DNA of 64,000 bases, from positions 2,936 to 66,935 of the IMG/VR virus record IMGVR_UViG_3300036853_000134; one strand, written 5' to 3'. Below the pieces are notes generated by a model, which was given only the letters and a program-made list of their open reading frames with translations, was not told the origin of the DNA and ran no database searches. Each line of letters opens with the position of its first letter. The stretch's first letter is position 1. Position numbers and translations under genes: made by a program. This DNA is from a virus. Below, in pieces: positions 19,795 to 30,413 of the stretch.

Positions 19795-21120
19795 CTAAAT
19801 AAACGGATTAGCGAATCCCGAAGGATCGAGATCGTCAATCCGGACAAATGGACCAGGATCGCGGACAGCGATATTACCGCGGAAAGCCAGGGTGTAAACC
19901 TGCGCGTCGTACATCGCGCCGACTCCGCCGTTGGTAAAGCCGTTGACGAAGGTCATTCCGTATTCCTTGCCGGTGTAATTGACGAATCCCCACTTGTCGA
20001 ATTCGTAATAGTCGATGCCGTTCCAATCGCCGTAATACATCTGGGTATTCGGGCAATGCGGATCGAACATAAACTTATTGCCGCCGTAGGAAATCACGTC
20101 ATAGCCAAGGTCAAGGTTCTGCAATTTGCCGTCGAATCTCTTCAGCGGGTAGCTGTTTGCGCCCGCAGTCTGAGCCAGTTGCTCGTAGGCGTTTTTCATC
20201 GCCGGATTGCAGATCCACATAAATGGCGAGAACTCCGACATCACTTCTTTGCCGTTTGAACGCGGGAACATCAGAGTGTTTCGCGCCAGATCGAACAAAG
20301 CGGTCGACAGCGGCCGGGGTGTTCCGGAATTACTGAACACGATTGAGCGCAGGCGGTCATAGGTCAAGCGAGACAGCCCCTGCAATGAAACCGATGTCGA
20401 GTTGTCGAGCAACAGTTTCAATCCGGAGAGCGCCAATCCCGCTGAGTTTTCCTGCACAACCAGATCGCCAGCGGCAACCGCGCCGCCAGCGCCAGAGGTG
20501 GCAACGGCAACGTCCAGAGTTACCGAACGGTCAAGATGATCGATACCCGGCTGAACGATGTAAGTCTGACCTGTTCCACGCTGTACAAGTCCGGTGGTCA
20601 CGATGTTGTAGCGACCGTAGGGCTTCATATATTCAGCGCCGATGGGCAGTTTCAGCACCAGATTGGTTGTTGCGGTGGCGCTGTCAACGATGCCTTTGAC
20701 GCCTGTACCGTCCTGATAAACGTCCTCGTTCGCTAATTGCGCCAGGGTCGCCAGATCGGCCGAGATGTTATCCGGCATCACGTTGCCGATGACGTTCTTT
20801 CCCTGCGAAAGCAAAGTTGCCTGAGTGAGACGACCAGAAATGAAGTAGTTCTTGAAGGTCGTCTGCATTCGCTTATATTTGTTCGAGCTGGCTACCGGGT
20901 GCAAGCCGCCTTCAGCCGCCATACCGGCACCGGCGTTTTGGAACATTCGACCGGGAATAAAAGCGCCACGACCGTTAATGTCTTTGTACTCGCCTTTTTT
21001 CTTGGTCTGGATCAGATTGATGAACATCGCATAGGTTGGATACCACTGCTCAATCTGATTACTGACGTACTCGCGTTCAATATCTTGAATCGCGGATATA
21101 TCCTGTTGGTCAACTGCCAT
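19795..21120 (-). CDS. Major capsid protein (HK97 fold)
   Basis: 441 aa after the scaffold; AEGG-HP, NEDVYQDGTG, GLALSGLK, DPHCP and C-terminal RIDDL motifs. Confidence 0.8.
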   Translation of the reverse strand: MAVDQQDISAIQDIEREYVSNQIEQWYPTYAMFINLIQTKKKGEYKDINGRGAFIPGRMFQNAGAGMAAEGGLHPVASSNKYKRMQTTFKNYFISGRLTQATLLSQGKNVIGNVMPDNISADLATLAQLANEDVYQDGTGVKGIVDSATATTNLVLKLPIGAEYMKPYGRYNIVTTGLVQRGTGQTYIVQPGIDHLDRSVTLDVAVATSGAGGAVAAGDLVVQENSAGLALSGLKLLLDNSTSVSLQGLSRLTYDRLRSIVFSNSGTPRPLSTALFDLARNTLMFPRSNGKEVMSEFSPFMWICNPAMKNAYEQLAQTAGANSYPLKRFDGKLQNLDLGYDVISYGGNKFMFDPHCPNTQMYYGDWNGIDYYEFDKWGFVNYTGKEYGMTFVNGFTNGGVGAMYDAQVYTLAFRGNIAVRDPGPFVRIDDLDPSGFANPFI

Positions 21121-21141
21121 AATGATTCGCTCCTGACACCA

Positions 21142-22338
21142 CTAATCAGCGGCCTGAAGTCTCATATGGGCGAGCGCTTCCTTTGCTTTTTCCGCTTTCC
21201 CCTGCCATCTTGGATGGTTCAAAAAGAAGTGCTCGAACTCCGGGGTATCGGTTCGTCCGAGAGGTCCAATCGGTAGGGTCTGATCGGTTTTCAAAGGTTG
21301 CCCCGCCTGTTTCGAGCCTTTGGGCGCGTCGGTGGCTTTCTTGGTGACTGTCGATTTCTTTTGGAGCTCGCCAGTCCAGCTTTGGCCCACAACTTTAGCG
21401 ACCTCGTCACAGACAGTCCGGTATTTTCTGGAAAGTTTTATCTCAAGCTCGCGCGCCGGTACTTTTTCGCCGCGCTGAATATGAGCCTGAAGTTCGGCTA
21501 TCCACGCATCGCCGGTCTGTGTTCGACCGTCGATTGTCTGCTTGCCGTTCTGGAAGCGCAATCCGGCTGTCGAGTGAAAAGACTCAAGTTGATATTCTCT
21601 TACCGCTCTGGCATCCGCCGTTTCACCATCGGGAGCAACCGAGAGTCCGAGGGTTTTAGCCACGACTTTCGCGGCTTCGACAATGCGGTTGGTCGCCGCT
21701 GTCGTCTCCTGCTGCAAAGCCGTCTGTTGCTGTCCCTGTGTGTACTTCTGAAGCTTCTGCTCGAGATCGGCTATCCGGCTTGCGTCGGCCTGCCGCGCCT
21801 CCTGCACCTGCTTTGCCAGGATCATTACTGGGTCATCGTCGGCCCGGAGTACTTTCTGGCCATAGCCATCGTCGGTGTACAGAATCTCAGGCGGCAGATT
21901 CTCGAATCGGGATGCGCCTTCGCGCCACTGTCGAAACTCCCGAAGGGTATCGTTTGTGACGTTCGGCCCAAGGTATTCAGAGAGAATCTTTGCCGGGTCG
22001 ACTGGTGCGGCGGCGGCTGAGCCATACTTATTGGCTAACTTCAGTCGCGCCTGCACGTTTCGTTCAGCGATTGCGGCATCAATGCGGTCGGGATCGCCGG
22101 AACGAATCGCTTCGTCCAGATCAATCTTCAACTGCAAGGACTCAATACCGCCGAACTTATCGACGAACTCGTGGGACGACTTGTAAGTTTCAAGCAGGTC
22201 TAACTTCGATTGGATATCGGGTGAAATTTCGGATACTGGTGCGGTTTCTACGTTTTCCGTGGTCGCAACTGCTGCTTCTTCGCCCGGCGAACCGGCGTCA
22301 GTAGCGGTGTCGGCTACGGCAGTGTCTTCTAATGGCAT
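21142..22338 (-). CDS. Capsid scaffolding protein
   Basis: Acidic low-complexity N-terminus, coiled coil, between portal and capsid. Confidence 0.65.
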   Translation of the reverse strand: MPLEDTAVADTATDAGSPGEEAAVATTENVETAPVSEISPDIQSKLDLLETYKSSHEFVDKFGGIESLQLKIDLDEAIRSGDPDRIDAAIAERNVQARLKLANKYGSAAAAPVDPAKILSEYLGPNVTNDTLREFRQWREGASRFENLPPEILYTDDGYGQKVLRADDDPVMILAKQVQEARQADASRIADLEQKLQKYTQGQQQTALQQETTAATNRIVEAAKVVAKTLGLSVAPDGETADARAVREYQLESFHSTAGLRFQNGKQTIDGRTQTGDAWIAELQAHIQRGEKVPARELEIKLSRKYRTVCDEVAKVVGQSWTGELQKKSTVTKKATDAPKGSKQAGQPLKTDQTLPIGPLGRTDTPEFEHFFLNHPRWQGKAEKAKEALAHMRLQAAD

Positions 22339-22564
22339 ATTCCCTCATTGTCCAGAGCGAATCGGACAGGATTGTTCGAGGGGCCTTTCGACCCCGCAGA
22401 TCGTGAATCAGGTTGGAATGGAGACGCTAATCGTGAAAAAAGCATACAAATTTCCCAGATGATTCACGATTAGCTTTGAACAGGCAACAGCATACGCGTT
22501 TATGTATCGTTTTTGCAAACAAAATTTGAAACTGTGCTAAAATACGGGTCAAAAGGAGTCACTG

Positions 22565-22966
22565 ATGGGCATAATTTACGGTTTTCTAATCGGTGCTGCA
22601 TGTGTCGGCGTCTTCACGGTCTGGCAATACACCAAATACAGGCAGGCCATCCGCGAGGTTTCGGATAAGTGGAAGGCGATCAATGACGAGTGGGAAACAC
22701 GGTATCACAAACTTTACAATTCGTGGATGTCGGGAATTCAACCGACCGCGCAGCAGCGAATGGATTGGGATATGAGCAGAATGCTCAAAAAGATGAACCA
22801 GATGGAATACGCGCCGACTGAGGGCGATTTGAATTCGTCGGGATTACAAGAAATCGTTAAGTCATCAAGTCACTATCGCTCGTTGACACAAGCAGAACTG
22901 GACGATGTGAACAGACGAATGCAAGGTCACCGCGAAGTTATTTCAAAGTCGGACCCTTCGGCTTAG
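22565..22966 (+). CDS. Membrane-anchored protein, opposite strand within the head module
   Basis: N-terminal TM; SD AAGGAG; own TGcTAAAAT extended -10 just upstream. Confidence 0.65.
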   Translation: MGIIYGFLIGAACVGVFTVWQYTKYRQAIREVSDKWKAINDEWETRYHKLYNSWMSGIQPTAQQRMDWDMSRMLKKMNQMEYAPTEGDLNSSGLQEIVKSSSHYRSLTQAELDDVNRRMQGHREVISKSDPSA

Positions 22967-25712
22967 GATCAGGATAGCGTTTATCTATCTGCTTTTCGTG
23001 AAGATACTGACCGACGTTGATAATCGCCTCCGCGCCCTTCTCTTTGATTGTGTTTGCGCTGGCGTGATCGGCCTTTGCAATTTCAAGCTTTGCTTTATGA
23101 TCCGCTTGCAGCGCCTCAGTTTGCGCCTCTTGCTGAATCTTCGCCGCGTTGACAGCCTTTGCGTTATCAACAACCGCTTGCTGCGCTGCCTGCTGTGGCG
23201 CTGAATCGGCGTCTCGATGCTGTTTAACCCACATTGAAACCACAGCCTGCTCAACCGGGCACGCGCTGATACCCTCATCGGTCAAAGCCCATTCCTTGTA
23301 CTCTCCCATCAATAGCGCGTGTGGATCAAGCTCTGGTCTGATCGGAATCGATGACGCGATTTCACCGACGATGGTCGCGAATTCAATCGTCTCCTGACTC
23401 GGCTGCGGCTGGCCTTGCGCATCAAGCATCGGTCGGCCATCCGGACCGATCGCCGGTTTTGGCTGCTGCGTCATCGGATCGACTTCAGGCTCTGGGATCT
23501 GTAGCCACTGCGGATTAGTCGTAAACGCTTTCTTCAGACGGTCGAGACGCTGATTCGCCAGTCGCTTTGCCGGTCGCACGTCGTTTATGTCAATCGGCAG
23601 GTTGAACAGCTTCAGCCCGTACTCCTGAATCGGCGCTGGGATGATCTGGCTGTTGAAGATACCGCCGGGGATACCGCCAGCCGCCGCCGCCTGATTGAAA
23701 GCCATCAGGTCGTCTTCCTGTGAGCGCGGCATCTCCGAGCCCTGCTGATGACGAATATCTATCTCATCACGGATATTACATTGCCGGAAAGCCTCTTCTT
23801 CCTTTTTGCCATACTTGCCAAGTAATCCCTGATACCGTGAGCCATCGCCATAATGATCCTGGACTAGTTCCAGACACTGATAGATAACTTCCAGTTCCCA
23901 TTCGATACCAATCTGGAGCAACGGCCCGAGTCTGCGTCTGGCGTTCTGCGCGGCTATCTGTTGACCGCCCATTGTCCGGTTAGCCGGGTCTGTATCGCCG
24001 CCAAGCTCCTGAGTTGATGCCGATGACTGGTGGACCGCCTCTTCGTGATATTCGATAGTCTGCATTGCGCCGGATAATTCACTGCCTGGATGCTGGTACA
24101 TCGCAGCCGACGCTGGAATCTCCGGTCCAAGATTCGGCTTCATCTTCGCGACCTTCTCCGGATCGCCTTCCAATTCTGAAGCGTTCATTATGTCGGGGTT
24201 GACGATGGTTTTGGGCGTGGCGTTGACAGCCAGGTTACGCAGATTGAAGCGTGACGCGAAGTTAATCGCTATCTGATGATCGATTGTGTCGTCAAGCATT
24301 CCGTCTGGATAGCAATGGTCCGCGCCGAGATCGGCGTTACCCCACGTCCATATCTTATTCTTGTCGACGCCCTGAACCGCTAACAACTGCTGCCCCGAAG
24401 TCTTAATAACCATGCCATCGGGGAACTTGTCGATGATCTTGTCACCCGGCATAAACTCAACATCGCCGATTTTCAGGTAACGCAAGGCTGTCCGGCGGCT
24501 GTACATCGATGGATCCATATACAAATCGCGCCGTTCGACCTGATGAGTGTATGCGCCACTATCGCCGACCTGCCCGCCATCCATTCCCATATAGCCGGTC
24601 GCTGACTGCAGTCTTTTGGCGTAAAGCATCGCCTGAGACATCGCGCCGGTCGCCTTGACTTTGACGTAATCGAATTCTTCTTCGGTCTGTTCGGTTGTCG
24701 ATAGATAGCGATGGAGTAGCCAGGGTGTTGACTTAACCGTCCCCTTGAAGTACCGGGAGGTCAGATCAACCTTGATGTTGCGCGGGTGGATTACTTCGAA
24801 GCAGAAATCACCCAGCTTTTCGCGGCGGACCAGAGTTGATACCGGCTTGACTCCGGTATTACGCGAAACGAACTCCAAAGGCTTCTCTGCCTGCCCGCAG
24901 GCAGGGCAAGGCTGCATTATTCCGGGATTGGGTGCGGCTTCGGTACTCTCGGAAGTATTCAAATCAGGCTGGGGCAGCATTGCGCTTGATTGCGGGGCGG
25001 GAGATTCGCCCTCCTGAGCCTCTGCTTGTGGTGATTCCTGTTCGTCCGGAACGCTGGTGGTCGTCTGACAGTCCGGACACATATGAGTTGCTGAGCCCAA
25101 GTCGACATCCTGCTCAATTGGTTCGTAAATATCCTGCGTGCGCGTGCCCGCGTCGGGATTGTACGACCAGCGACCGAAGTAGCAACCGGGAATAACCGCC
25201 ATCTTCGCGCGTTCAAGACGGAAGCTTATGCCCAGATAGCGATCACGATGGTAATTCCACATCGTTTTAGCAAACAGCGCGGCGTCTTCGCCTTTGTCAC
25301 CACCAGACCTTCCGCGAAAGATCGGAACCGGGTTTGACAGCGCGCATTGACTAATCAGGGTGTTGCCATCACGCCGCACCTGATTGTTTGTCAAATAACG
25401 CATCCGGCCTTCATCGGTCTCCTGTGTCTCCCAGGTGTTGGCGTATATTTGATCCGCTTGCCCATTCATCCCAGGTACGCGAGTCATAAACTGTTTGTTG
25501 TGATAGAACGATTCCAGATAGAACCATTTCCACTGGATCGCGAGCTCGGCGGACTTATCGGCCCCGTCGGCTCTATCGACTTCCTGCGTGAACCACAATT
25601 CCAAGTCGGTGCGTAGCTCAATCTCTGATTGCTTCAAGTCACGCTCGTACTGTTCAAGTATCTCGTCAGGAAGTGGCACAAGCGATGCGGGAGCGGGCAT
25701 ATTATCAGCCAT
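22938..25712 (-). CDS. Portal protein (podoviral type) with Zn-ribbon insert
   Basis: 924 aa after the terminase; TNNQVRR, DHQIAIN, RTMGGQQIA motifs; CPDC...CPAC insert. Confidence 0.8.
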   Translation of the reverse strand: MADNMPAPASLVPLPDEILEQYERDLKQSEIELRTDLELWFTQEVDRADGADKSAELAIQWKWFYLESFYHNKQFMTRVPGMNGQADQIYANTWETQETDEGRMRYLTNNQVRRDGNTLISQCALSNPVPIFRGRSGGDKGEDAALFAKTMWNYHRDRYLGISFRLERAKMAVIPGCYFGRWSYNPDAGTRTQDIYEPIEQDVDLGSATHMCPDCQTTTSVPDEQESPQAEAQEGESPAPQSSAMLPQPDLNTSESTEAAPNPGIMQPCPACGQAEKPLEFVSRNTGVKPVSTLVRREKLGDFCFEVIHPRNIKVDLTSRYFKGTVKSTPWLLHRYLSTTEQTEEEFDYVKVKATGAMSQAMLYAKRLQSATGYMGMDGGQVGDSGAYTHQVERRDLYMDPSMYSRRTALRYLKIGDVEFMPGDKIIDKFPDGMVIKTSGQQLLAVQGVDKNKIWTWGNADLGADHCYPDGMLDDTIDHQIAINFASRFNLRNLAVNATPKTIVNPDIMNASELEGDPEKVAKMKPNLGPEIPASAAMYQHPGSELSGAMQTIEYHEEAVHQSSASTQELGGDTDPANRTMGGQQIAAQNARRRLGPLLQIGIEWELEVIYQCLELVQDHYGDGSRYQGLLGKYGKKEEEAFRQCNIRDEIDIRHQQGSEMPRSQEDDLMAFNQAAAAGGIPGGIFNSQIIPAPIQEYGLKLFNLPIDINDVRPAKRLANQRLDRLKKAFTTNPQWLQIPEPEVDPMTQQPKPAIGPDGRPMLDAQGQPQPSQETIEFATIVGEIASSIPIRPELDPHALLMGEYKEWALTDEGISACPVEQAVVSMWVKQHRDADSAPQQAAQQAVVDNAKAVNAAKIQQEAQTEALQADHKAKLEIAKADHASANTIKEKGAEAIINVGQYLHEKQIDKRYPDPKPKGPTLK

Positions 25713-25762
25713 TGATTAACCTCTGTGTCAGAATGGAACAGAGTATAAGCCGATGCGTCGAA

Positions 25763-25969
25763 TTAGGAAAGCATATCTATATTCGGTATCGTATTTTGGC
25801 AGGCTCGTTGAATCTGCATATACTCGGCCGCAGCCTTGATTCTGGCCTTTGCGATGATCTTATTGTCCACAGAAGAGATGCCCACGACCTCGCCGCATTT
25901 GACGCAATTGTAATACGACCACGGCACGTCGGTCTGTTGATCGTCGCAGTTTGGGCACCAGCTTGTCAT
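25763..25969 (-). CDS. Small Zn-finger protein
   Basis: CPNC...CVKCG. Confidence 0.5.
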   Translation of the reverse strand: MTSWCPNCDDQQTDVPWSYYNCVKCGEVVGISSVDNKIIAKARIKAAAEYMQIQRACQNTIPNIDMLS

Positions 25970-26202
25970 AGATCAACACCCATTTTCCAGCCAAGGCGGC
26001 GAATCGGAAAAATCACATAGTTATACCAAAGCCCAATCGGCCGAGCATACCACGGCGCGGGCTTAATCTTCAGATAGGTGCCGGCCTCTACGGAGGTGAC
26101 AATAAAGTCCGATGAGACCCCGCCAAAATTGATAGAGACTCGGTCACCCTGGCGGAAACTCGTATAATCCGTAACAGGCACGGTGTTGCTCATACTTGTC
26201 AT
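25966..26202 (-). CDS. Hypothetical protein
   Basis: Overlap-coupled small ORF. Confidence 0.45.
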   Translation of the reverse strand: MTSMSNTVPVTDYTSFRQGDRVSINFGGVSSDFIVTSVEAGTYLKIKPAPWYARPIGLWYNYVIFPIRRLGWKMGVDL

Positions 26203-26347
26203 GTGGCCTCAACTTCGAATTCGCTGTATGCGTGATGCGCAGGATCGTCTTTACAGTACTCAACGGCTTCAGCTTCGGTGAGAAACACCGCTTCAGGTGA
26301 TGAGCAGCCCTCATCACTATCGTAATCCCAATAACAGACAAAGACTT

Positions 26348-26629
26348 TCATACAATCCTCTGATACTCTTTCGGCTTGTCGATCTGGACTTCCTTCGGCT
26401 CTGGCAACTGTTCATACACCCGGCGTTGATGCGCGGCGGCCATAACCGCATCGGTGAGCTTTTCCCTATGCCGGTCGGAATTCGCCTCACGCTTATCTAT
26501 CTGGGCTTCGAGTTGACCAACGATTGCGCGCAGGGCTTCGGTTTCCCTGATACGACGCTGACGCTCGATGATTAACTGCTGAACGGCCAGCGCCAGGAGA
26601 ATCATGATTATAGCGACGAGGATATTCAT
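26348..26629 (-). CDS. TM plus coiled-coil protein
   Basis: N-terminal TM then coiled coil. Confidence 0.55.
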   Translation of the reverse strand: MNILVAIIMILLALAVQQLIIERQRRIRETEALRAIVGQLEAQIDKREANSDRHREKLTDAVMAAAHQRRVYEQLPEPKEVQIDKPKEYQRIV

Positions 26630-26643
26630 CTAATCACAGTATA

Positions 26644-28386
26644 TCACGAAAGCTTGCGCCATCCGTACTCTTTCTTGCGTTTATCGTCCTCATATTTCTG
26701 AACAGCAGCCCGGCGAGCGAGTAGCAACTGACTGCGCGTCTGATCGTCCTCGACATTGGCGATGGTTTCTATTTTGGCGTGAGTCGGCAGGGCCTGTTCC
26801 TGCTGCTCTGATTCGGTCAGTTCAGTTATCGACGGGAACGCTTTGTGAGCGCAGCAGCGAATCATGTCCATGTAGTCGTTAAAGAACGCGTACGGCTTGG
26901 GTTCCGCCGACTCTTCGCCGCTACGCAGTTTCGCATAATGATATGAGTAAAACTCCGCCTCGACTCTCGCCCAGGGGCTGTCGGGTTGACGACGTATTTC
27001 GTCCGAGTCAGGGACAATGCAGACAAATCGCGTGTGCCCCATCAGGTCCGGATTAAACGGATTTGGCTTGTCGCGATTGATAACCGTAAGGTAATTGCGC
27101 ATCTGCGCAATACCGACATTCGGCCCAGCTTTCCAGGTAACAAACGGCAAGCCAGCCTTTTGATATTCCAATCGCTCTGACCCGGCTTCGTGTGAACTGA
27201 TCCATCGATTAATCCGGCCCCGCTCACCCTTGCCAGCGTACCAGTCCGGTAGCAGGTCTTTGTTGATCGAGTCTTGCGGCTTGCGGTCACCCATTAACAC
27301 CAGCATTGCGTCGGCAACTTCAGACGGTGCCATTTGAACGAATTGAAACGGTCGATACATCGCGACTAATCCAGGTATCGGCGAATTCTCTGCAGCGGTC
27401 GCAAACCATCCTGTTGCGCCTATGTGCCCCTCAGACGTGCCTTGATCTTGTGCGATTGATAATTGCCAGTGCTCAGGAATGCGACGGACCTTGAAGACTG
27501 ATTCCCATTGCGACCAGGACACGAATACGTAGCGCGGATCGAACATCCAGTAAATATCCCCGTGCTCACTGATCGACCAGTCGCCGCGCTTTAATTGTTC
27601 GCGTGTGACCATATCCAATTCTGAAAGCGTCTCTTCGTATTCGTGCTGATCCAGATATGGATTGTCGGCAATACGTGCGGGGATGAACGCTCTATTGGCT
27701 TTGCGCCCCTCGCTGTCTTCCGTCTCTTTCCAGAATACACGGTCCTCGACGGCCATCTCTGGCTCGAAGTCATCGGGAATAAATCGCTTCCGCACCCATT
27801 GGGCACCGGCACCGCCAGGATTAGTCGCCGAGCGCATCCTAATCGGTATCTCAACCCCAGCCAGGCGGCGAAGACGCGAGAACAGATAGGTGTACTGGGT
27901 CTCTGTGAATTGGGTTAATTCGTCAAATAGTACGCACTGAAATTCAGACCCCTGGTACTGATATTTGTCGTTTTCGGATTCAAGGTAGCCAAATGTGATT
28001 GTCGCGTTAGACGGAAAGGTCCACTGCTTGCGTTGCTCATTCCAGCGCGCGGGAGTGCTCAACAGCCACTGTTTCGCACGGTCAATCAACGCACCCGGCT
28101 TGCTCAAATCGGAATAAGTACGACGCAGAATCAGCGCAGCGTATCCAGGAATATCAACGTAGCGCAACGCTTCCATTAGTAGCCAATCCGATTTGCCTCC
28201 ACCGGCCGCCCCACCGTACAGGATTTCCTTTGATTGGCATTCAATCGCTATCCGCTGTCGAATTGTCGGAGAGTGCGGAGACCAGCCTTTATTGGCAAGC
28301 TTGCGCCGTCTGCGCTCGCGCTCGGCCAGCAGCGCGGCAATGGGATTATTTACAATGTCGTCGGATAAGGGTGTCGAGTTGCTCAT
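26644..28386 (-). CDS. terL: Terminase large subunit
   Basis: Walker A YGGAAGGGKS, Walker B FDELTQF, SATNPGG, DNPYL, nuclease NDYMD. Confidence 0.95.
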   Translation of the reverse strand: MSNSTPLSDDIVNNPIAALLAERERRRRKLANKGWSPHSPTIRQRIAIECQSKEILYGGAAGGGKSDWLLMEALRYVDIPGYAALILRRTYSDLSKPGALIDRAKQWLLSTPARWNEQRKQWTFPSNATITFGYLESENDKYQYQGSEFQCVLFDELTQFTETQYTYLFSRLRRLAGVEIPIRMRSATNPGGAGAQWVRKRFIPDDFEPEMAVEDRVFWKETEDSEGRKANRAFIPARIADNPYLDQHEYEETLSELDMVTREQLKRGDWSISEHGDIYWMFDPRYVFVSWSQWESVFKVRRIPEHWQLSIAQDQGTSEGHIGATGWFATAAENSPIPGLVAMYRPFQFVQMAPSEVADAMLVLMGDRKPQDSINKDLLPDWYAGKGERGRINRWISSHEAGSERLEYQKAGLPFVTWKAGPNVGIAQMRNYLTVINRDKPNPFNPDLMGHTRFVCIVPDSDEIRRQPDSPWARVEAEFYSYHYAKLRSGEESAEPKPYAFFNDYMDMIRCCAHKAFPSITELTESEQQEQALPTHAKIETIANVEDDQTRSQLLLARRAAVQKYEDDKRKKEYGWRKLS

Positions 28387-28774
28387 CAGTCAGTTGCGAT
28401 AATTCGTCAGGGCTGAAATTCAAATTAATCGTGGTATTGCGCTCGGCATACTTTTCCTTGCGCCCGCCTTTCAGTAGGAAGATAGCCAGGGTGTCGCTGT
28501 ACTTGCGCACAACGCCACATTCCTCGCCTTTATAGAATACTGGCTCGTCTGTTCCGTGGAGCGCGCGACGCCTTGCCTCTTGCTCAAGCTCGTCTAGCCC
28601 TTTTTCAACAGCCTCTTCCCAGAGAGCGGAAAATACGGGATCCTCATTCTTCCATTTATATGCGGCGGTACGGCTTAAATTGATGGCATCACAGGCTTTA
28701 GCGACATTGCCGCCGGTCTCGCGCAAGGTGGCAATAAACTTGGCGGATGTTTTAGCTGTTCTAATCGTACGCAT
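28346..28774 (-). CDS. terS: Terminase small subunit
   Basis: GNVAKAC...SRTAAYKW HTH; LEQEARRRA; YSDTLAIFLLK; immediately upstream of terL. Confidence 0.85.
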   Translation of the reverse strand: MRTIRTAKTSAKFIATLRETGGNVAKACDAINLSRTAAYKWKNEDPVFSALWEEAVEKGLDELEQEARRRALHGTDEPVFYKGEECGVVRKYSDTLAIFLLKGGRKEKYAERNTTINLNFSPDELSQLTDEQLDTLIRRHCK

Positions 28775-28948
28775 TTATACCTATTTAGCCGGTTTCTATC
28801 GTGTTTCATTCTGACACATCGCCGGGGCGATTTCCAGTATTAAATACTTCGGGCACTTTCGGCCTCATCTCGCATTCCTGAATCTGCTGCCCAGCGGACA
28901 CGATGATCGTATGCTCGCCAGTGCCGCAGTAGATGCAAATTAGATTGT

Positions 28949-29281
28949 TCATAGTTGCCAATCTCCTAAATCGTCGGGCCATTGTGGCGACTCTAGCTGA
29001 TCGCGTGGCGTTCCGTTCTCGTCAACGTCAGCGAATCCAGGGGCGGCCTGCAAGGATCGTAATTGCGTAATACTGATTGCGCTGCCTAATTCCTTCAGCG
29101 GTATACGGCAGTACGGGCACAGCTTCCAGTCGTTGCTTATTGCGTAGAATCCACAAACGCAATACGTCATCCCCGTGCCCCTCTCATTTTCCACGTCACC
29201 CACAATATTACCACAACCCTGCGCGCAATCAGCGTCAAAAAGATAATTGAGATAGCGGTGGTGGGTCTCATATTCCCTCAA
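28949..29281 (-). CDS. Zn-ribbon protein
   Basis: CVCG...CPYC. Confidence 0.45.
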   Translation of the reverse strand: MREYETHHRYLNYLFDADCAQGCGNIVGDVENERGTGMTYCVCGFYAISNDWKLCPYCRIPLKELGSAISITQLRSLQAAPGFADVDENGTPRDQLESPQWPDDLGDWQL

Positions 29282-29978
29282 ACAGCGAAGACGTTACGAT
29301 GAAATCAGGTAACGGCTCAAAGTCGAAATATTGCACTTCTAGTCGCTTGGCCGCTATCTCGCAATACTCTTCCGTTAACTCGATTCCAACTGCCGACAAT
29401 CCAAGCATCTTCGCAGCGAGAAGAGTTGTGCCGCTTCCCATAAACGGGTCCAAAACCGATTCACCGGGAAGGCTCACGCGCTTTAAAAGTTTCGACCATT
29501 GACCGATAGGCTTCGGGCACGGATGACCGTTTCTAATTGCCGCCTCGGTGCTCACGAAGCTATCAGGCTGCGAACCGGACCCGCCAAACGGGTCTTTGCC
29601 ATAATAGAAAATCGGTTGCCAGCAAGAAAAGCCCCACGGATTACAGCCATTTGCCGCTGGATAAAAGAAACTACCGCAATGGTCTGGCTTCGGATATGAC
29701 CACATATTCTTGACGCCAGGAGTTATCACCGTTCGTGTGGATTTCTCAAAACATAAGACCAGCACTTCATTCACCAATGAGACCACGGTATCTGCTGAAT
29801 CATCAAAACCAGAATAAGGAACGCTTGCGAGCTTTTGGTTTCGCGCTTTATTACCCAAATCAACGCCGTAAGGCGGGTCGGTTAATACCAAATCCACCTT
29901 TGGCAACCCCGGCAGAATCTCACGGCAATCCGCGTTATATATTGTAATCCCGCCGTGCTGATAATACGGTTCGATCAT
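29268..29978 (-). CDS. DNA N6-adenine/N4-cytosine methyltransferase
   Basis: LTDPPY, HPCPKP, VLDPFMGSGTT. Confidence 0.9.
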   Translation of the reverse strand: MIEPYYQHGGITIYNADCREILPGLPKVDLVLTDPPYGVDLGNKARNQKLASVPYSGFDDSADTVVSLVNEVLVLCFEKSTRTVITPGVKNMWSYPKPDHCGSFFYPAANGCNPWGFSCWQPIFYYGKDPFGGSGSQPDSFVSTEAAIRNGHPCPKPIGQWSKLLKRVSLPGESVLDPFMGSGTTLLAAKMLGLSAVGIELTEEYCEIAAKRLEVQYFDFEPLPDFIVTSSLFEGI

Positions 29979-30035
29979 CGCCTCTTCCTCCCTTCCAGTC
30001 TCTTCAGTTCCTTGTTCAGCCGTTGCCTTACGTCG

Positions 30036-30413
30036 TCAGGCTGGGGCGCTGTGAGTTTCTTTATGCCTTATAAGATATTCTATCGCTTTTGCAAGAGAAG
30101 TTTGATTATCTTTGAAAAATCCCAGCCCCGAATTACACGATGAACATAAAAGAGCACGAACATTGCCGGATTCGTGGCAGTGATCGACAACTAATGGGAT
30201 TGCCGCAAATTCAGCCGCCGGACCATCGCGGAGCACATAATCAAGATCAAATTTCGTCGCGCAAATCGAACAGCACCCATCCTGGGCGAGATACATCACT
30301 TTATATTCCTTAAACGTAATTCCGTATGTTTTCTGTAGTCTCAGGTTCAGAAGTGTATGTTTCGACTTTCCCAGTGATTTAACCTTGTCCCTGTACTTAT
30401 CAACGTTTTCCAT
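30036..30413 (-). CDS. Endonuclease VII family His-Me finger nuclease
   Basis: YGIT...Q-G-CSIC...[28 protein letters not shown]. Confidence 0.9.
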   Translation of the reverse strand: [125 protein letters not shown]

